A stretch of 64,000 nt of DNA from an uncultured Thermococci archaeon (GTDB taxonomy: Archaea; Methanobacteriota_B; Thermococci; Methanofastidiosales; B48-G16). Numbering within the stretch: position 1 is the stretch's first letter; each line of letters starts with the position of its first letter. Where the stretch lies: the NCBI GenBank assembly GCA_964595645.1, contig CAZQQT010000005.1, positions 104,999-168,998 on the forward strand, written 5' to 3'. Shown here in pieces: positions 46,233-56,299 of this stretch. The position numbers and the translations under genes were made by a program. The notes under the pieces were generated by a model, which saw nothing but the letters and a program-made list of their open reading frames with translations, did no database searches and was not told the DNA's origin.

Positions 46233-47380
46233 ATGAGGAAATAAAGGAATTAAAACCGTTGCTCTATTCTGTTAGTAAAGAAATTTTTGAAAATCCAGAG
46301 CTCGCATACAAAGAGTACCAAGCATCTAAGTTACTAACGAAAACACTCAAAAATGAAGACTTCAAAGTAGAAAAGGAAATATGTGGGTACGAGACATCCT
46401 TTAGAGCTCAATATGGAAATGGAAATACAAAGGTCGCTTTTTTAGCAGAGTATGATGCACTACCGAAGATAGGGCATGGTTGTGGCCATAATATCATTGC
46501 AGCTGCAGCGTTAGGAGCGGGAATTGCTTTAAAACGAAGAATAGAAAAGGACAACCTCAACGCTACTGTGTATGTGATAGGTTGTCCTGGTGAAGAGGCA
46601 GAGGGTGCGAAGGTTAAATTTGCAGAGGAAGGCGTCTTTGATGACATCGATGTAGCGATGATGATCCATCCCTCAACAAGAAACCTTACAGAACGAGGAT
46701 CCCTTGCGATCAAAGAGATGCGATTCAAGTTCCATGGAAAACCTACCCACGCAGCAGCATCTCCAGAACATGGAATCAATGCGCTCGATGGTGTTATTCT
46801 CACATTCAATAATATCAATGCATTAAGAGAGCATCTGCGAGAGGATGTGAGGATTCATGGCATTATCACTCATGGCGGGGATGCACCCAATATCGTACCA
46901 AAATATGCGGAAGCATACTTTTTTGTTCGAGCCATGGACAGTGAATATCTCATAGAAGTATTAGACAAGGTGAAAAACTGTGCGAAAGGTGCGAGTACAA
47001 CCACGGGAGCAGATGTGGAGATTGAGGTGGGGAAAGGGTACAAGGCCTTTAACCCAAGCGGCCCTCTTGCAAAAACATTTAGGGAACATCTTCAGTCCCT
47101 CGGCATCAAGTTGGACACTCCAAAGAAGTATGGCGGGATGGGATCCAGCGATATTGGCGATGTGAGCTGTGTTGTGCCGTGCATCCACCCTTACATCAAG
47201 ATCGCTGAAGAAGACGTGAAAGGACATTCCGAAGAGTTTGCCCAGGCAGCTATATCAGAAAAAGGTAATGAAGCTATTGTAATTGGTGCGAATGCGATGT
47301 TAGGTACTGCGCTTGACGTGATAGAAGATTCAGAACTTTTGAAAAAGATAAAGGATGTGTTTGTACCGCGTGAATTATGA
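46229..47380 (+). CDS. M20-family metallo-amidohydrolase (Acy1L2/M20D-like)
   Basis: NPELAYKE, AEYDALP, GHGCGHN, PGEE, MMIHP, HAAASP..GINALD, GSSDIG. Confidence 0.9.
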   Translation: MNEEIKELKPLLYSVSKEIFENPELAYKEYQASKLLTKTLKNEDFKVEKEICGYETSFRAQYGNGNTKVAFLAEYDALPKIGHGCGHNIIAAAALGAGIALKRRIEKDNLNATVYVIGCPGEEAEGAKVKFAEEGVFDDIDVAMMIHPSTRNLTERGSLAIKEMRFKFHGKPTHAAASPEHGINALDGVILTFNNINALREHLREDVRIHGIITHGGDAPNIVPKYAEAYFFVRAMDSEYLIEVLDKVKNCAKGASTTTGADVEIEVGKGYKAFNPSGPLAKTFREHLQSLGIKLDTPKKYGGMGSSDIGDVSCVVPCIHPYIKIAEEDVKGHSEEFAQAAISEKGNEAIVIGANAMLGTALDVIEDSELLKKIKDVFVPREL

Positions 47381-48498
47381 AACGAAGAATGCTCTATACG
47401 ACGTTTTTGGCCCATATGGTTGATGATGGGTGCGAAATGGTGTTATTCCCGCTATTTCCATTGATCGGAAAAGAATTTTCATTCTCAGAGGCACAGATAG
47501 GGCTTCTTGCAGGGACATTGGCAATTACTGCAGGTTTTTTTCAGTTTATCACAGGGTACCTCTCAGATTACCTCGAAAGAAAAAAGGATCTTGTCAGCGT
47601 GGCGTTTTTCATCTTGGCGTTATCTTTTTTCTTTGTGTCGTTCGGCGATTCTTTTTATACCATCTTTATTGCTGTGTGTTTGGCAGGATTTGGCCTTTCA
47701 TTTTATCATCCCATCGGTATCTCAGTAATTACAACACATTTTCGAGCGGAACGAGGAAAGGCTATTGGTGTTCACGGGACGGGAGGCGCAGTAGGGTTAT
47801 TGGTGTTTCCTACATACAGTGGATTTCTCGCCGATATTTTTGGATGGCGTCCCGTACTGTGGATTACGGCTGCGATTTGCATAACTATTGCAGTACTCTA
47901 CTACGTTTTTGTTACCGATGTTCCATTCAACCGCTCGAGAGGGAGAATCACGGTGCTCCTCTCTATTACAGCGATTCTCGTGATGATTGTACTTGGAGTC
48001 ACGACAATGTGCAGCAAGGGATTTTCTACCTTCTTTCCCGTACATCTCGATAGGTTAGGATACAGCTCTGGATTTTACGGTTCACTGCTCTCAGTGTTTT
48101 TAGGCATGGGTATTTTCGGGCAGTATGTAGGCGGATCACTTGCAGATGAGATTTCTCCCAGGAAAATTGTTTCTTCTTCCCTCATTCTCACCGCCGTATT
48201 TTTTGTCTTGCTCCTCCAAACAGAAAATAACTATCTGCTGTATGCGTACGCAGCACTCTCCGGATTGTTCATGTCGATCGTGTGGCCAGCACTTTTTGCG
48301 TACGTAGCAAAAATTATGCCCGAGAACATGCACAGTCGGGGACTCGGTGTGTTTCTCACCGTGTCGGCAGTGATGGGTGGCTCTTCACCCATTTTTATGG
48401 GATCGATAGCCGGCATGATCGGTCTCGAGACAACACTGTTCATACTTCCCCTCCTTGCTCTCCTGGGTGCTGTAATCATGCTCGGCGTGCGAAAATGA
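47377..48498 (+). CDS. MFS transporter (Fsr-like)
   Basis: About 12 TM; AHMVDD, GYLSDY, FYHPIG, ERGKAIG; ATGA overlap with the M20 gene. Confidence 0.88.
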   Translation: MKRRMLYTTFLAHMVDDGCEMVLFPLFPLIGKEFSFSEAQIGLLAGTLAITAGFFQFITGYLSDYLERKKDLVSVAFFILALSFFFVSFGDSFYTIFIAVCLAGFGLSFYHPIGISVITTHFRAERGKAIGVHGTGGAVGLLVFPTYSGFLADIFGWRPVLWITAAICITIAVLYYVFVTDVPFNRSRGRITVLLSITAILVMIVLGVTTMCSKGFSTFFPVHLDRLGYSSGFYGSLLSVFLGMGIFGQYVGGSLADEISPRKIVSSSLILTAVFFVLLLQTENNYLLYAYAALSGLFMSIVWPALFAYVAKIMPENMHSRGLGVFLTVSAVMGGSSPIFMGSIAGMIGLETTLFILPLLALLGAVIMLGVRK

Positions 48499-48547
48499 AA
48501 GATAGTTGCATATAAGAAGTGAATACCTCTCTTTCATATGTTGGGGG

Positions 48548-48964
48548 TCATTGCAAAGAGTATTCAAATTTTTCTTTAAATAATAGATCAAGATCCTTAT
48601 CATGTACATAAAGTGTATTATTTACGTCCCAAGAGATTAATTCATTATACCTAATTTCGTCATTACTCAATTTAATATCTCCTAACTTTATCTCTTTCAC
48701 GTTACTGTCAACCTCAATTGAAAGAGGGCTTCTAAGTGACGCAGCATTCGATATTATAATTCTTGAATCAAAAGTTCCATAAATTAACTCTTTTTTATCT
48801 TTATTTCCCATTCTACTAAGAAAATTCCCAGTCATGGTAGTAGTGATGTTTATATTTTCTAATAATATAGGGAAGGATGAAGATGTATACAAAACAATAA
48901 TTCCCATGCCACTTATAGTTAGTAAAACTAATACGATCCGCCCTACAAATCTGAAATATCCCAT
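48548..48964 (-). CDS. AT-rich hypothetical protein with N-terminal TM
   Basis: 138-aa ORF, visibly lower GC than neighbours, TATA-like element upstream; no recognisable family. Confidence 0.4.
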   Translation of the reverse strand: MGYFRFVGRIVLVLLTISGMGIIVLYTSSSFPILLENINITTTMTGNFLSRMGNKDKKELIYGTFDSRIIISNAASLRSPLSIEVDSNVKEIKLGDIKLSNDEIRYNELISWDVNNTLYVHDKDLDLLFKEKFEYSLQ

Positions 48965-49058
48965 ATTCTACCAAGTGAGTCCTTATATTTATATTTTTTC
49001 ATTAAACCGATTAATATATATTACCAGTGAAAAAAACTGAGGGTCTTAAATTGCTCTT

Positions 49059-50216
49059 TTACTTCATATGAAGTTCGACAATATCGCCATCCTCTACCCT
49101 GTGGTCTGCACCCGCCTGCTGACCATCATACTTCACTGAGTCACCCCATATCTTCGCATACTTGAAATTTCTATAGAATTGTTTGTGGACTCCTCTGGCA
49201 ACATCCAGTACTGTGTCTCCTTTTTTCATTGCGATAGGAGGATAATCGGGATCGGACCCTGGTGATTTTGTGAATACTCGCACGATATTGAGTGTATCAT
49301 AGATTTTTCGCTTTGTTTTCTCAATATTTATCTCTTTCTTTGCAGAGAGAGGAACGATATCGAACGCCGGATATGTTTCTTTAAGACGCTTCAAATTTTT
49401 CTTGCTCTGTCCGAGATCCCCTTTGTTTCCGAGGATAAAGGCTTTTTTATAGGTTAAATTCCTATTTAAGGAGTCTAAAAAGTCTTCAAGTGTTATTTCT
49501 TCTTTAATAATTACAAGTGCATTGGGTATTTTATGTTCCACCAGCATCTGTCTGATCTCACTTACATCGGGAACGTATTTCTTCCCTCGAACTTCTATTC
49601 CGCCTGTAGATTGCCTCTTTATTTCTATTTCAGGCCTTTTTTTATTGATTCTAAATCCTGATTTGTGCAGTTCGTCGAGCAGAATGTCCATCTCGTTTAC
49701 AGGGTCCCTGCTGAGGTCTACTACAAAGGCGAGACAGTCCGCATTTCGTATGGCGCTGATGAGCTGAAATCCAAATCCTTTTCCCACAGAGACCCCCTCG
49801 ATTATCGCCGGCATATCAATAATTTGGATCTGGATATCCTTGTATTCCAACATCCCGGGGGTAGGAAGTGTGGTGGTGAGCGGGTAGGCCGCTATCTCTG
49901 CGTCCGCGTGAGTAAGAACGTTGAGAATGGATGATTTTCCTGTATTTGGAAGGCCTACCAACGCTACTTGGGCCGTACCTTCCTTTTTTATGGAGAAACT
50001 CGGTCCTCCCCCCTTTTTGGTAGCCTTCGTTTTCTCCAGTTCCTCCCGATACTTGGAGAGTCTCTTCTTGATGTGCAGCCTCATTTTTTCAGTACCCTTA
50101 TGTTTGGGTATTGTTGAGTACATCCTTTCCAAGGCCCTCACCTTTTCCGCAGGTGTCTGCGCCTTTCTGTACTCTTCTTCTGCTACGAGGTATTCTTTTG
50201 TCACGTTGGCAGGCAT
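49059..50216 (-). CDS. DRG/OBG-family GTPase with TGS domain
   Basis: MPANVT..PKHKGTEK, GLPNTGKS, YPLTT, DMPA, NKGD, SAK, TGS tail FKYAKIWG..DGDIVELH. Confidence 0.93.
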   Translation of the reverse strand: MPANVTKEYLVAEEEYRKAQTPAEKVRALERMYSTIPKHKGTEKMRLHIKKRLSKYREELEKTKATKKGGGPSFSIKKEGTAQVALVGLPNTGKSSILNVLTHADAEIAAYPLTTTLPTPGMLEYKDIQIQIIDMPAIIEGVSVGKGFGFQLISAIRNADCLAFVVDLSRDPVNEMDILLDELHKSGFRINKKRPEIEIKRQSTGGIEVRGKKYVPDVSEIRQMLVEHKIPNALVIIKEEITLEDFLDSLNRNLTYKKAFILGNKGDLGQSKKNLKRLKETYPAFDIVPLSAKKEINIEKTKRKIYDTLNIVRVFTKSPGSDPDYPPIAMKKGDTVLDVARGVHKQFYRNFKYAKIWGDSVKYDGQQAGADHRVEDGDIVELHMK

Positions 50217-50296
50217 ACATCTACTATCCTGAAAAATTTAAAAAAGGTAACTGATAGATGAAAAAGTATTTAAAGATAGAACTATAAAAATGGACT

Positions 50297-50563
50297 ATGG
50301 ATGAAGACATAGTGAATCTATTTTTTAAAGAAAAAACTTTAAAAATATTTCTCCATACAAAAGAAGAGGAATATGCAACTAAAATAAGGGATAAAGCTGT
50401 TTGTATGTACAGTTATGTAATAACGACGCTACGAAAGTTTGAGGAATTAGGGCTCGTTACTTCAAAAAAGGAAGGAAGAATTAAGCGGTACTCCCTGACG
50501 AAAAAGGGAAAAAAATTGGATAAAAACCTGAGAGATTTACTTGACACTACAAAAAACACGTGA
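50297..50563 (+). CDS. Small winged-helix transcriptional regulator
   Basis: YATKI..YSYVITTLRKFEELGLVTSKKEGRIKRYSLTKKG. Confidence 0.8.
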   Translation: MDEDIVNLFFKEKTLKIFLHTKEEEYATKIRDKAVCMYSYVITTLRKFEELGLVTSKKEGRIKRYSLTKKGKKLDKNLRDLLDTTKNT

Positions 50564-51812
50564 TATCTTCACCAGCGTACATAGTGGACGGCTCTTCTCC
50601 TATTTTCAGTAGTCTGTTGTATTTGGCCACTCTTTCTCCTCTGCATGGTGCTCCCGTCTTGATTTGTCCAGCGTTGAGTGCTACGCTTATATCTGCAATA
50701 CTTGTATCTTCTGTTTCCCCGGATCTGTGCGAAACAACTACGTTGTAGTTATTTCTCAGTGCAATTTCCGCTGCTTCTATTGCTTCTGTGATCGTCCCTA
50801 TTTGGTTTATTTTTAGTAACAATGCGTTGCACATCCCTTCGTCTATACCTTTCCACAGAAGCTTTGGATTCGTTACGAAGATATCGTCGCCTACTATCTG
50901 TATATCAAGCTCTTCAGTAATCGCTTTAAATCCGTCATAATCATCTTCATAGAACGGATCTTCAATGGATATGATATCGTACGTAGAAATGAGCTCCTTG
51001 TACTGTTCAAGAAGTTCCATGTTTGTGTATTCTTTGTTCCCAATGGCATATTTCTCTGTTTTTTTATCATAAAAATATGAAGGAGCTGCATCGATAGCAA
51101 ACTTGATATTTTCTCCATACCCGAGGTTTTCTCTCGCTTTTGCTATTACCTCAAATGGTTCCTCGATATCTTTCATGGCGGGTGCAAACCCACCTTCGTC
51201 TCCAACATTCACTGCACTTTTTCCATAGTCCTCCTTTAACACGGTTTTTAGTTCATGGTACATTTCACTCCCAATTCTGAGAGCTTCTTTGAACTCCTTG
51301 ACGTTTACTGGCAGTATCATGAACTCCTGGAACTCCAGATCATTCCCTGCATGCTCACCGCCGTTGATAATGTTCATCAAAGGTACCGGAAGGATAAAGC
51401 TGTTGGGATTGAGGTATTTGTATAGTGGGAGGCCCAAAGAACTGGCTGCAGCCCTGGCACATCCTAAGGAGACACTCAGCATAGCATTCGCCCCAAGGTG
51501 CGACTTATTTTCAGTACCATCCATCTCAAGCATCAAAAGATCAATTTCTCTCTGGTTCAGTATATTTTTTCCGATGAGTGCCGGTGCAATTTTTTCGTTC
51601 ACATGCGTTACAGCTTTCTGTACCCCCCTTCCTTGATATCTCTCTTTACCATCTCTTAGTTCTAAGGCTTCTTTTTCCCCTACAGAAGCTCCAGATGGCA
51701 CCATTGCATATCCAAAACCGTATCCTGTCTCTACCTCACATGCAATTGTTGGGTTTCCTCTCGAGTCAAGAATTTCTCGTGCCCTTATATATGTTATATC
51801 AATCTCATTCAT
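50547..51812 (-). CDS. eno: Enolase
   Basis: REILDSRGNPT, VPSGAS, NGGEHA, GDEGGF, EDPF, GDD, KINQIG, SHRSGET, KTGAP; true start ATG 51812. Confidence 0.96.
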   Translation of the reverse strand: MNEIDITYIRAREILDSRGNPTIACEVETGYGFGYAMVPSGASVGEKEALELRDGKERYQGRGVQKAVTHVNEKIAPALIGKNILNQREIDLLMLEMDGTENKSHLGANAMLSVSLGCARAAASSLGLPLYKYLNPNSFILPVPLMNIINGGEHAGNDLEFQEFMILPVNVKEFKEALRIGSEMYHELKTVLKEDYGKSAVNVGDEGGFAPAMKDIEEPFEVIAKARENLGYGENIKFAIDAAPSYFYDKKTEKYAIGNKEYTNMELLEQYKELISTYDIISIEDPFYEDDYDGFKAITEELDIQIVGDDIFVTNPKLLWKGIDEGMCNALLLKINQIGTITEAIEAAEIALRNNYNVVVSHRSGETEDTSIADISVALNAGQIKTGAPCRGERVAKYNRLLKIGEEPSTMYAGEDITCFL

Positions 51813-51906
51813 AGCATTAGATTGAGAGCACAAGTTAAAATATTTTTTCATGTCATATCCAACCGAAAATCGCAATGTATAAATATTTCTCTCCCAGTAC
51901 GAAAGC

Positions 51907-52290
51907 ATGCAGCAGTTTACCGTGAGTACAAAAGGAGAGACCGATCTGATGAATATCACACGAGAAATTGAACATCGTGTGGAAGGTACCGGTGTAATTG
52001 CAGTGTTCACTCCCCATACAACATGTTCATTACTGATCAACGAGGATGAATCTGGACTGCGCGAGGATATTCTAAATTTTTACTCAGAACTGGCACCTAA
52101 AGGAGCTTACAAACATAATAGAGTAGACAACAACGCACATGCACACCTCAGATCCCTTTTTAATACAGGACTCACGATCCTTGTGGAAAATGGGAAATTA
52201 GCGTTGGGAACATGGCAGAGCGTATTTTTAATGGAGAGTGATGGACCGAGAACAAGAAAGGTTTATATTGCGATGATCGGTAAAAAGTAA
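51907..52290 (+). CDS. yjbQ: YjbQ/UPF0047 family protein
   Basis: PHTTCSLLINE, HNRVDNNAHAHL, LGTWQSVF..E.DGPRTR. Confidence 0.9.
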   Translation: MQQFTVSTKGETDLMNITREIEHRVEGTGVIAVFTPHTTCSLLINEDESGLREDILNFYSELAPKGAYKHNRVDNNAHAHLRSLFNTGLTILVENGKLALGTWQSVFLMESDGPRTRKVYIAMIGKK

Positions 52291-52342
52291 GAAGACCAAA
52301 AAAATAATAAATAAAGAAAAGAATCAGGATGTAGGTGAGGTC

Positions 52343-53002
52343 ATGGAAGAAGAGAATGAAAACGAGATAAAAGAAGAAGAGGGATTTTGGACGCTGAAGA
52401 AGATTATAGGTGTAGTCCTGGCTGTACTAATAATCTCATTTGTGTTGATGGGTACAGCTGTATGGAGAGGGCTGAGAGATATTGCAGACGATGAGAAAAT
52501 ACTGACGGTTGTGGAGCAAGGTGATGTTGCAAAAGCAGCATCTATTTATGATACCCCTTCTGGTGAGGGAAAAGCAGTCAATGTAGAGGTGCTTCCTGCA
52601 CTGAGCAATATCGAAACGTTCTATAACGCTGTTGTGGATGAGTATGGGCATATTGATAGGATGATAATTGCCGATACCGAAGCAGTCTACACGCTTAGTC
52701 TGGATCCTTCCATTTCGTTTAGAGGTACAGATGTTGACAGAAATACACTGGTCGAATGGGTGGTGGGACGAGAGTACCCGCCGGAGAGTGTCCAGCAGGG
52801 TCAGGTAGCCTGGGAGTTCAGGGCTGACCTTCTCAACGAGTGGTTCGACTACTACTATGACAGACTTGATCAGGGAAAGTACAGGCAGCCATTAATTGAG
52901 AATGTAATGGACCTCTATAGAAATGATCATGTCACTATCTACAAATCGAATATGGCGTTGACACTGATGAAGTACCTTTCGATCGAAAAAATAATTCCTT
53001 AA
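52343..53002 (+). CDS. Hypothetical membrane-anchored protein
   Basis: SD aggtgagg; single N-terminal TM; no recognised domain. Confidence 0.7.
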   Translation: MEEENENEIKEEEGFWTLKKIIGVVLAVLIISFVLMGTAVWRGLRDIADDEKILTVVEQGDVAKAASIYDTPSGEGKAVNVEVLPALSNIETFYNAVVDEYGHIDRMIIADTEAVYTLSLDPSISFRGTDVDRNTLVEWVVGREYPPESVQQGQVAWEFRADLLNEWFDYYYDRLDQGKYRQPLIENVMDLYRNDHVTIYKSNMALTLMKYLSIEKIIP

Positions 53003-53016
53003 TTTTTCTTTTTGGC

Positions 53017-53088
53017 GGGCTCGTAGCTCAGTGGAAGAGCACTGCCTTCGCAAGGCAGGGGCCGCGGGTTCAAATCCCGCCGAGTCCA
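53017..53088 (+). tRNA. tRNA-Ala (anticodon CGC)
   Basis: Acceptor GGGCTCG/CGAGTCC with G3:U70; anticodon arm ctgcc-ttCGCaa-ggcag; T-loop ggttcaaatcc; CCA not encoded; T-run follows. Confidence 0.96.
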
Positions 53089-53233
53089 TTCTTTTTTTCC
53101 TGAAGATGCAGAACTTTATGGGGTTTCTACTTTCACCATATTCTGCTGACATGATCAACACAGAAAAATTTGTACGAAAGATAGTGCCCATAGAGTTTTC
53201 TCATATTCTTAGAAAAGATGAATATTTTTTCAT

Positions 53234-53270
53234 CGAAACCTTTTTATGTGTATCACAGTCATCAGTGATA
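53234..53270 (+). promoter_or_regulatory. gdhA promoter (BRE-TATA cgaaacctttttat) plus inverted repeat TATCAC-N8-GTGATA (53251-53270)
   Basis: Read directly; the inverted repeat lies between the TATA box and the SD ggtga. Confidence 0.55.
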
Positions 53271-53280
53271 GGGTGAAATC

Positions 53281-54621
53281 ATGCCTGAAGAACTAAACCC
53301 GTTTAAGATAGCACAGAAACAGCTGGATACTGCAGCTGAGGTAATGGAGCTCGATGAGGATGTACATGCGTACCTCAGAGAACCCAAACGATTTTTACGG
53401 ATCACCGTGCCGGTGAGAATGGACGATGGTTGTACAAAAACATTTATTGGATTTCGCTGTCAGTACAACGATGACCGAGGACCGACGAAAGGAGGACTCA
53501 GATGGCACCCCGAAGAGACTGCAGATACCGTGAAAGCATTGGCCGCGTGGATGACGTGGAAATGTGCTGTAGTGGATGTACCCTACGGTGGGGGGAAAGG
53601 AGGAGTTATCTGCAATCCCAAGAAAATGAGCGATGAAGAGAAAGAACGGCTGGCACGAGGCTATATACGTGCAGTCGGTGAGTTCATCGGTCCTGAAAAG
53701 GATATACCTGCGCCTGATGTGTATACGGATCCTCAAATCATGGCCTGGATGATGGATGAGTTCAGTACAATTCGAGGATACTATACTCCTGGTGTCATTA
53801 CAGGTAAACCTGTTAGTGTGGGTGGCTGCAAAGGACGAGGGGATGCCACCGCTCGAGGGGGGATGTACGTCTTGAGAGAAGGTGCCAAATCTGTGGGCCT
53901 CAAACTGGAAGAAAATGCTAAGAATGTGTACAAACCGTATGAAGAACTGAGAAAGATAGAGGATCCCACTCCACCGAAGGATGCGTTGACTGTTGCGATA
54001 CAAGGCTATGGAAACGCAGGTCAGTATGCACACTTGCTGTTAACTAGACTGTTCAAGAACGTAAAGGTTGTAGCAGTAAGTGATTCTAAAGGTGGGATAT
54101 ACAATGAAGACGGATTAATGTTCAATAAGACTGTTGATGTTAAACAGAGCACTGGCACTGTTACAAACCATAAAAATGCCAAAAAGATATCAAACGAAGA
54201 ACTTCTCGAGTTAGATGTGGATATTCTTGTCCCGGCAGCATTAGAGAATGTTATAAGAGAAGATAACGCTGGCAATATACGAGCGAATATACTTTTAGAG
54301 TTGGCAAACGGCCCCACAACCCCAGACGCTGACAATATACTGCATGAGAACAATGTACTTGTGCTACCTGACTTCCTGGCAAACGCTGGTGGTGTAACTG
54401 TGTCGTACTTTGAATGGGTACAGAACAACTATGGTTACTACTGGGAGTTTGAAGAGGTGTATGAGAGGCTCGATAAGAAGATGAGTCAGGCCACCTGGGA
54501 CGTACTCAATAAACAGGAGGAGTACCAAGATAAGGGGAAGGATATTCATACGAGAACAGCAGCGTATATTGTAAGCGTTGGACGAGTTGCAGAAGCAGTA
54601 ACGACAAGAGGTATCGTGTAA
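53281..54621 (+). CDS. gdhA: Glutamate dehydrogenase (Glu/Leu/Phe/Val family)
   Basis: [55 protein letters not shown]. Confidence 0.93.
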   Translation: MPEELNPFKIAQKQLDTAAEVMELDEDVHAYLREPKRFLRITVPVRMDDGCTKTFIGFRCQYNDDRGPTKGGLRWHPEETADTVKALAAWMTWKCAVVDVPYGGGKGGVICNPKKMSDEEKERLARGYIRAVGEFIGPEKDIPAPDVYTDPQIMAWMMDEFSTIRGYYTPGVITGKPVSVGGCKGRGDATARGGMYVLREGAKSVGLKLEENAKNVYKPYEELRKIEDPTPPKDALTVAIQGYGNAGQYAHLLLTRLFKNVKVVAVSDSKGGIYNEDGLMFNKTVDVKQSTGTVTNHKNAKKISNEELLELDVDILVPAALENVIREDNAGNIRANILLELANGPTTPDADNILHENNVLVLPDFLANAGGVTVSYFEWVQNNYGYYWEFEEVYERLDKKMSQATWDVLNKQEEYQDKGKDIHTRTAAYIVSVGRVAEAVTTRGIV

Positions 54622-54679
54622 CTCTTACTCTTCTTTCCTTTATTTTTTTCACTCTTCTAAAAATCAAAAAAATCTGTGT

Positions 54680-54910
54680 TCATTCATTATGGTTTGGAGG
54701 TCTACGTTTTATTTCTATTCCCCCTCGTTCCGGCCAGTTCTCTGCCTTCTGTATAATAATCATATTCTCTCTCACGCGGACAAATACTTCATCTCCTATT
54801 TTGAATCCTGCTGCCTGCAGCTCGTCTTCGTTCAGACTTAAGTGAGCATTGTGATATTTTCCATCTTCGCCTTTTCTTCCACTCGGACTTAGTTTCTTTT
54901 TACGAACCAT
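54680..54910 (-). CDS. Small AbrB/SpoVT(SymE)-like swapped-hairpin protein
   Basis: LSLNEDELQAAGFKIGDEVFVRVRENMIIIQK pattern. Confidence 0.6.
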   Translation of the reverse strand: MVRKKKLSPSGRKGEDGKYHNAHLSLNEDELQAAGFKIGDEVFVRVRENMIIIQKAENWPERGGIEIKRRPPNHNE

Positions 54911-55129
54911 TCGATTACCCTTATGTTGTAGGAGAGTTACACTCTTCTTTATATTTCTTTCTGTTATTTATTTGGGATTTTTAAATCTTCTCCCATAATA
55001 GAGGGTCGCGTTATCATGTCTTTTCAGATGATTTTGTAGACCGAAACCTTTTATATCACTAACTATAGATGTATGTATGCTATATGTATTATACAGATAT
55101 CAGTTAAATAGGATAAAAAGGGGATATAA

Positions 55130-55291
55130 ATGGAATTTATAGAGGAACATGAGGTAGGATATACTGCCCGATCGCTGGATGAATTATCCATCCGAGAGAG
55201 AATGAAAATAGAGGAAACTACTGTGAAAAGAATTCTGGGTGCCATTCTCATGTACTGTGTACTGATGGTGTTGTTTGGTACGTTTCTATAG
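55130..55291 (+). CDS. 53-aa single-TM small protein upstream of tauE (absent from ORF track)
   Basis: MEFIEEHEVGYTARSLDELSIRERMKIEETTVKRILGAILMYCVLMVLFGTFL*; purine-rich SD aagggga; 17 nt before the TauE start. Confidence 0.55.
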   Translation: MEFIEEHEVGYTARSLDELSIRERMKIEETTVKRILGAILMYCVLMVLFGTFL

Positions 55292-55308
55292 CCTGCAGAG
55301 GTAAGTAA

Positions 55309-56109
55309 ATGGAACTCCTCCTCACAATAATATTACTTGCATTTATCTTCGAATTAATGGATTCCTCTGCAGGGATGGGATTTGGAACGGGACTGGCACC
55401 CCTCCTGTTTTTTATAGGGTATGATCCATTACAGGTAGTCCCAGTACTCTTGATCTCAGAGATGATCACAGGGATCACTGCAGGATGGTTCCATAATGAG
55501 TTTGAGAATGTCCGATTTTCATTTCGGCGTCCTTTAACCAAGGCAACGAGAATCATGATATTAATTGCTTTTTTCGGCTGTTTTGCGATATTTAGTTCAG
55601 TGATGCTCAGTTATTTTACAATAAAATTTTCAAAAACTGTTATTAAAATGTATGTAGCAATTATGGTAATATTTATGGGCCTTTTTGGTCTAGCGAGGAT
55701 CAAAATGGATCAAATGACTGATCTTGACACTAGTACGTACAGACCGAAGCTACTCGTCGTCTTTTCGGCAGTAGCAGGATTTAATAAAGGCATCGGCGGC
55801 GGTGGATATGGGCCTGTCGTCACCATGGGGCAGATTTTCTCAGGTATCTACGAAAAAAGTGCGACAGCCATTGTGTCTCTTGCAGAGGGAATAGTTTCTG
55901 CTGTAGGCGTGGCAACATTTTTCATGATAGAGGCTGTAGGTGTAAATGTTGATCTTGTCCTCTTACCTTCCGTTTTTACCGGTGGATTTTTTGCGGCTAT
56001 TCTGTCCCCTTATATAGTGAGAGTACTGCCAAACAAACTCTGGCGATTTGTAATACCGACCTATGCGCTTATCATCGGTGGAGCGAGTCTTCTTAAACTA
56101 TCTTTCTAA
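55309..56109 (+). CDS. TauE/SafE-family sulfite/anion exporter
   Basis: DSSAGMGFGTGLAP, AGFNKGIGGGGYGPVV; about 8 TM. Confidence 0.88.
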   Translation: MELLLTIILLAFIFELMDSSAGMGFGTGLAPLLFFIGYDPLQVVPVLLISEMITGITAGWFHNEFENVRFSFRRPLTKATRIMILIAFFGCFAIFSSVMLSYFTIKFSKTVIKMYVAIMVIFMGLFGLARIKMDQMTDLDTSTYRPKLLVVFSAVAGFNKGIGGGGYGPVVTMGQIFSGIYEKSATAIVSLAEGIVSAVGVATFFMIEAVGVNVDLVLLPSVFTGGFFAAILSPYIVRVLPNKLWRFVIPTYALIIGGASLLKLSF

Positions 56110-56299
56110 TTCTCTCTTCTCGGCTTCTTTCATCATCCCCCTGTCGCAGTAAGAATGATACTATCCATGTAATATAGCAGGTATTTTTATGGGAGTATAC
56201 GGATGAGGAGGAATTATTTTCCATTTACTCATCGTTAGACGAAAAGCTTTTTAAATTTCCCTGCACTATACCTACAGTTAATCTCAATGGGATGATACT

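Noticed and set aside
51813-52040. N-terminal extension of enolase (similar extensions on topA, rpp21, hyuA, vapB, pit)
   Set aside because: Longest-ORF artefacts; homology and promoter positions support the downstream ATGs
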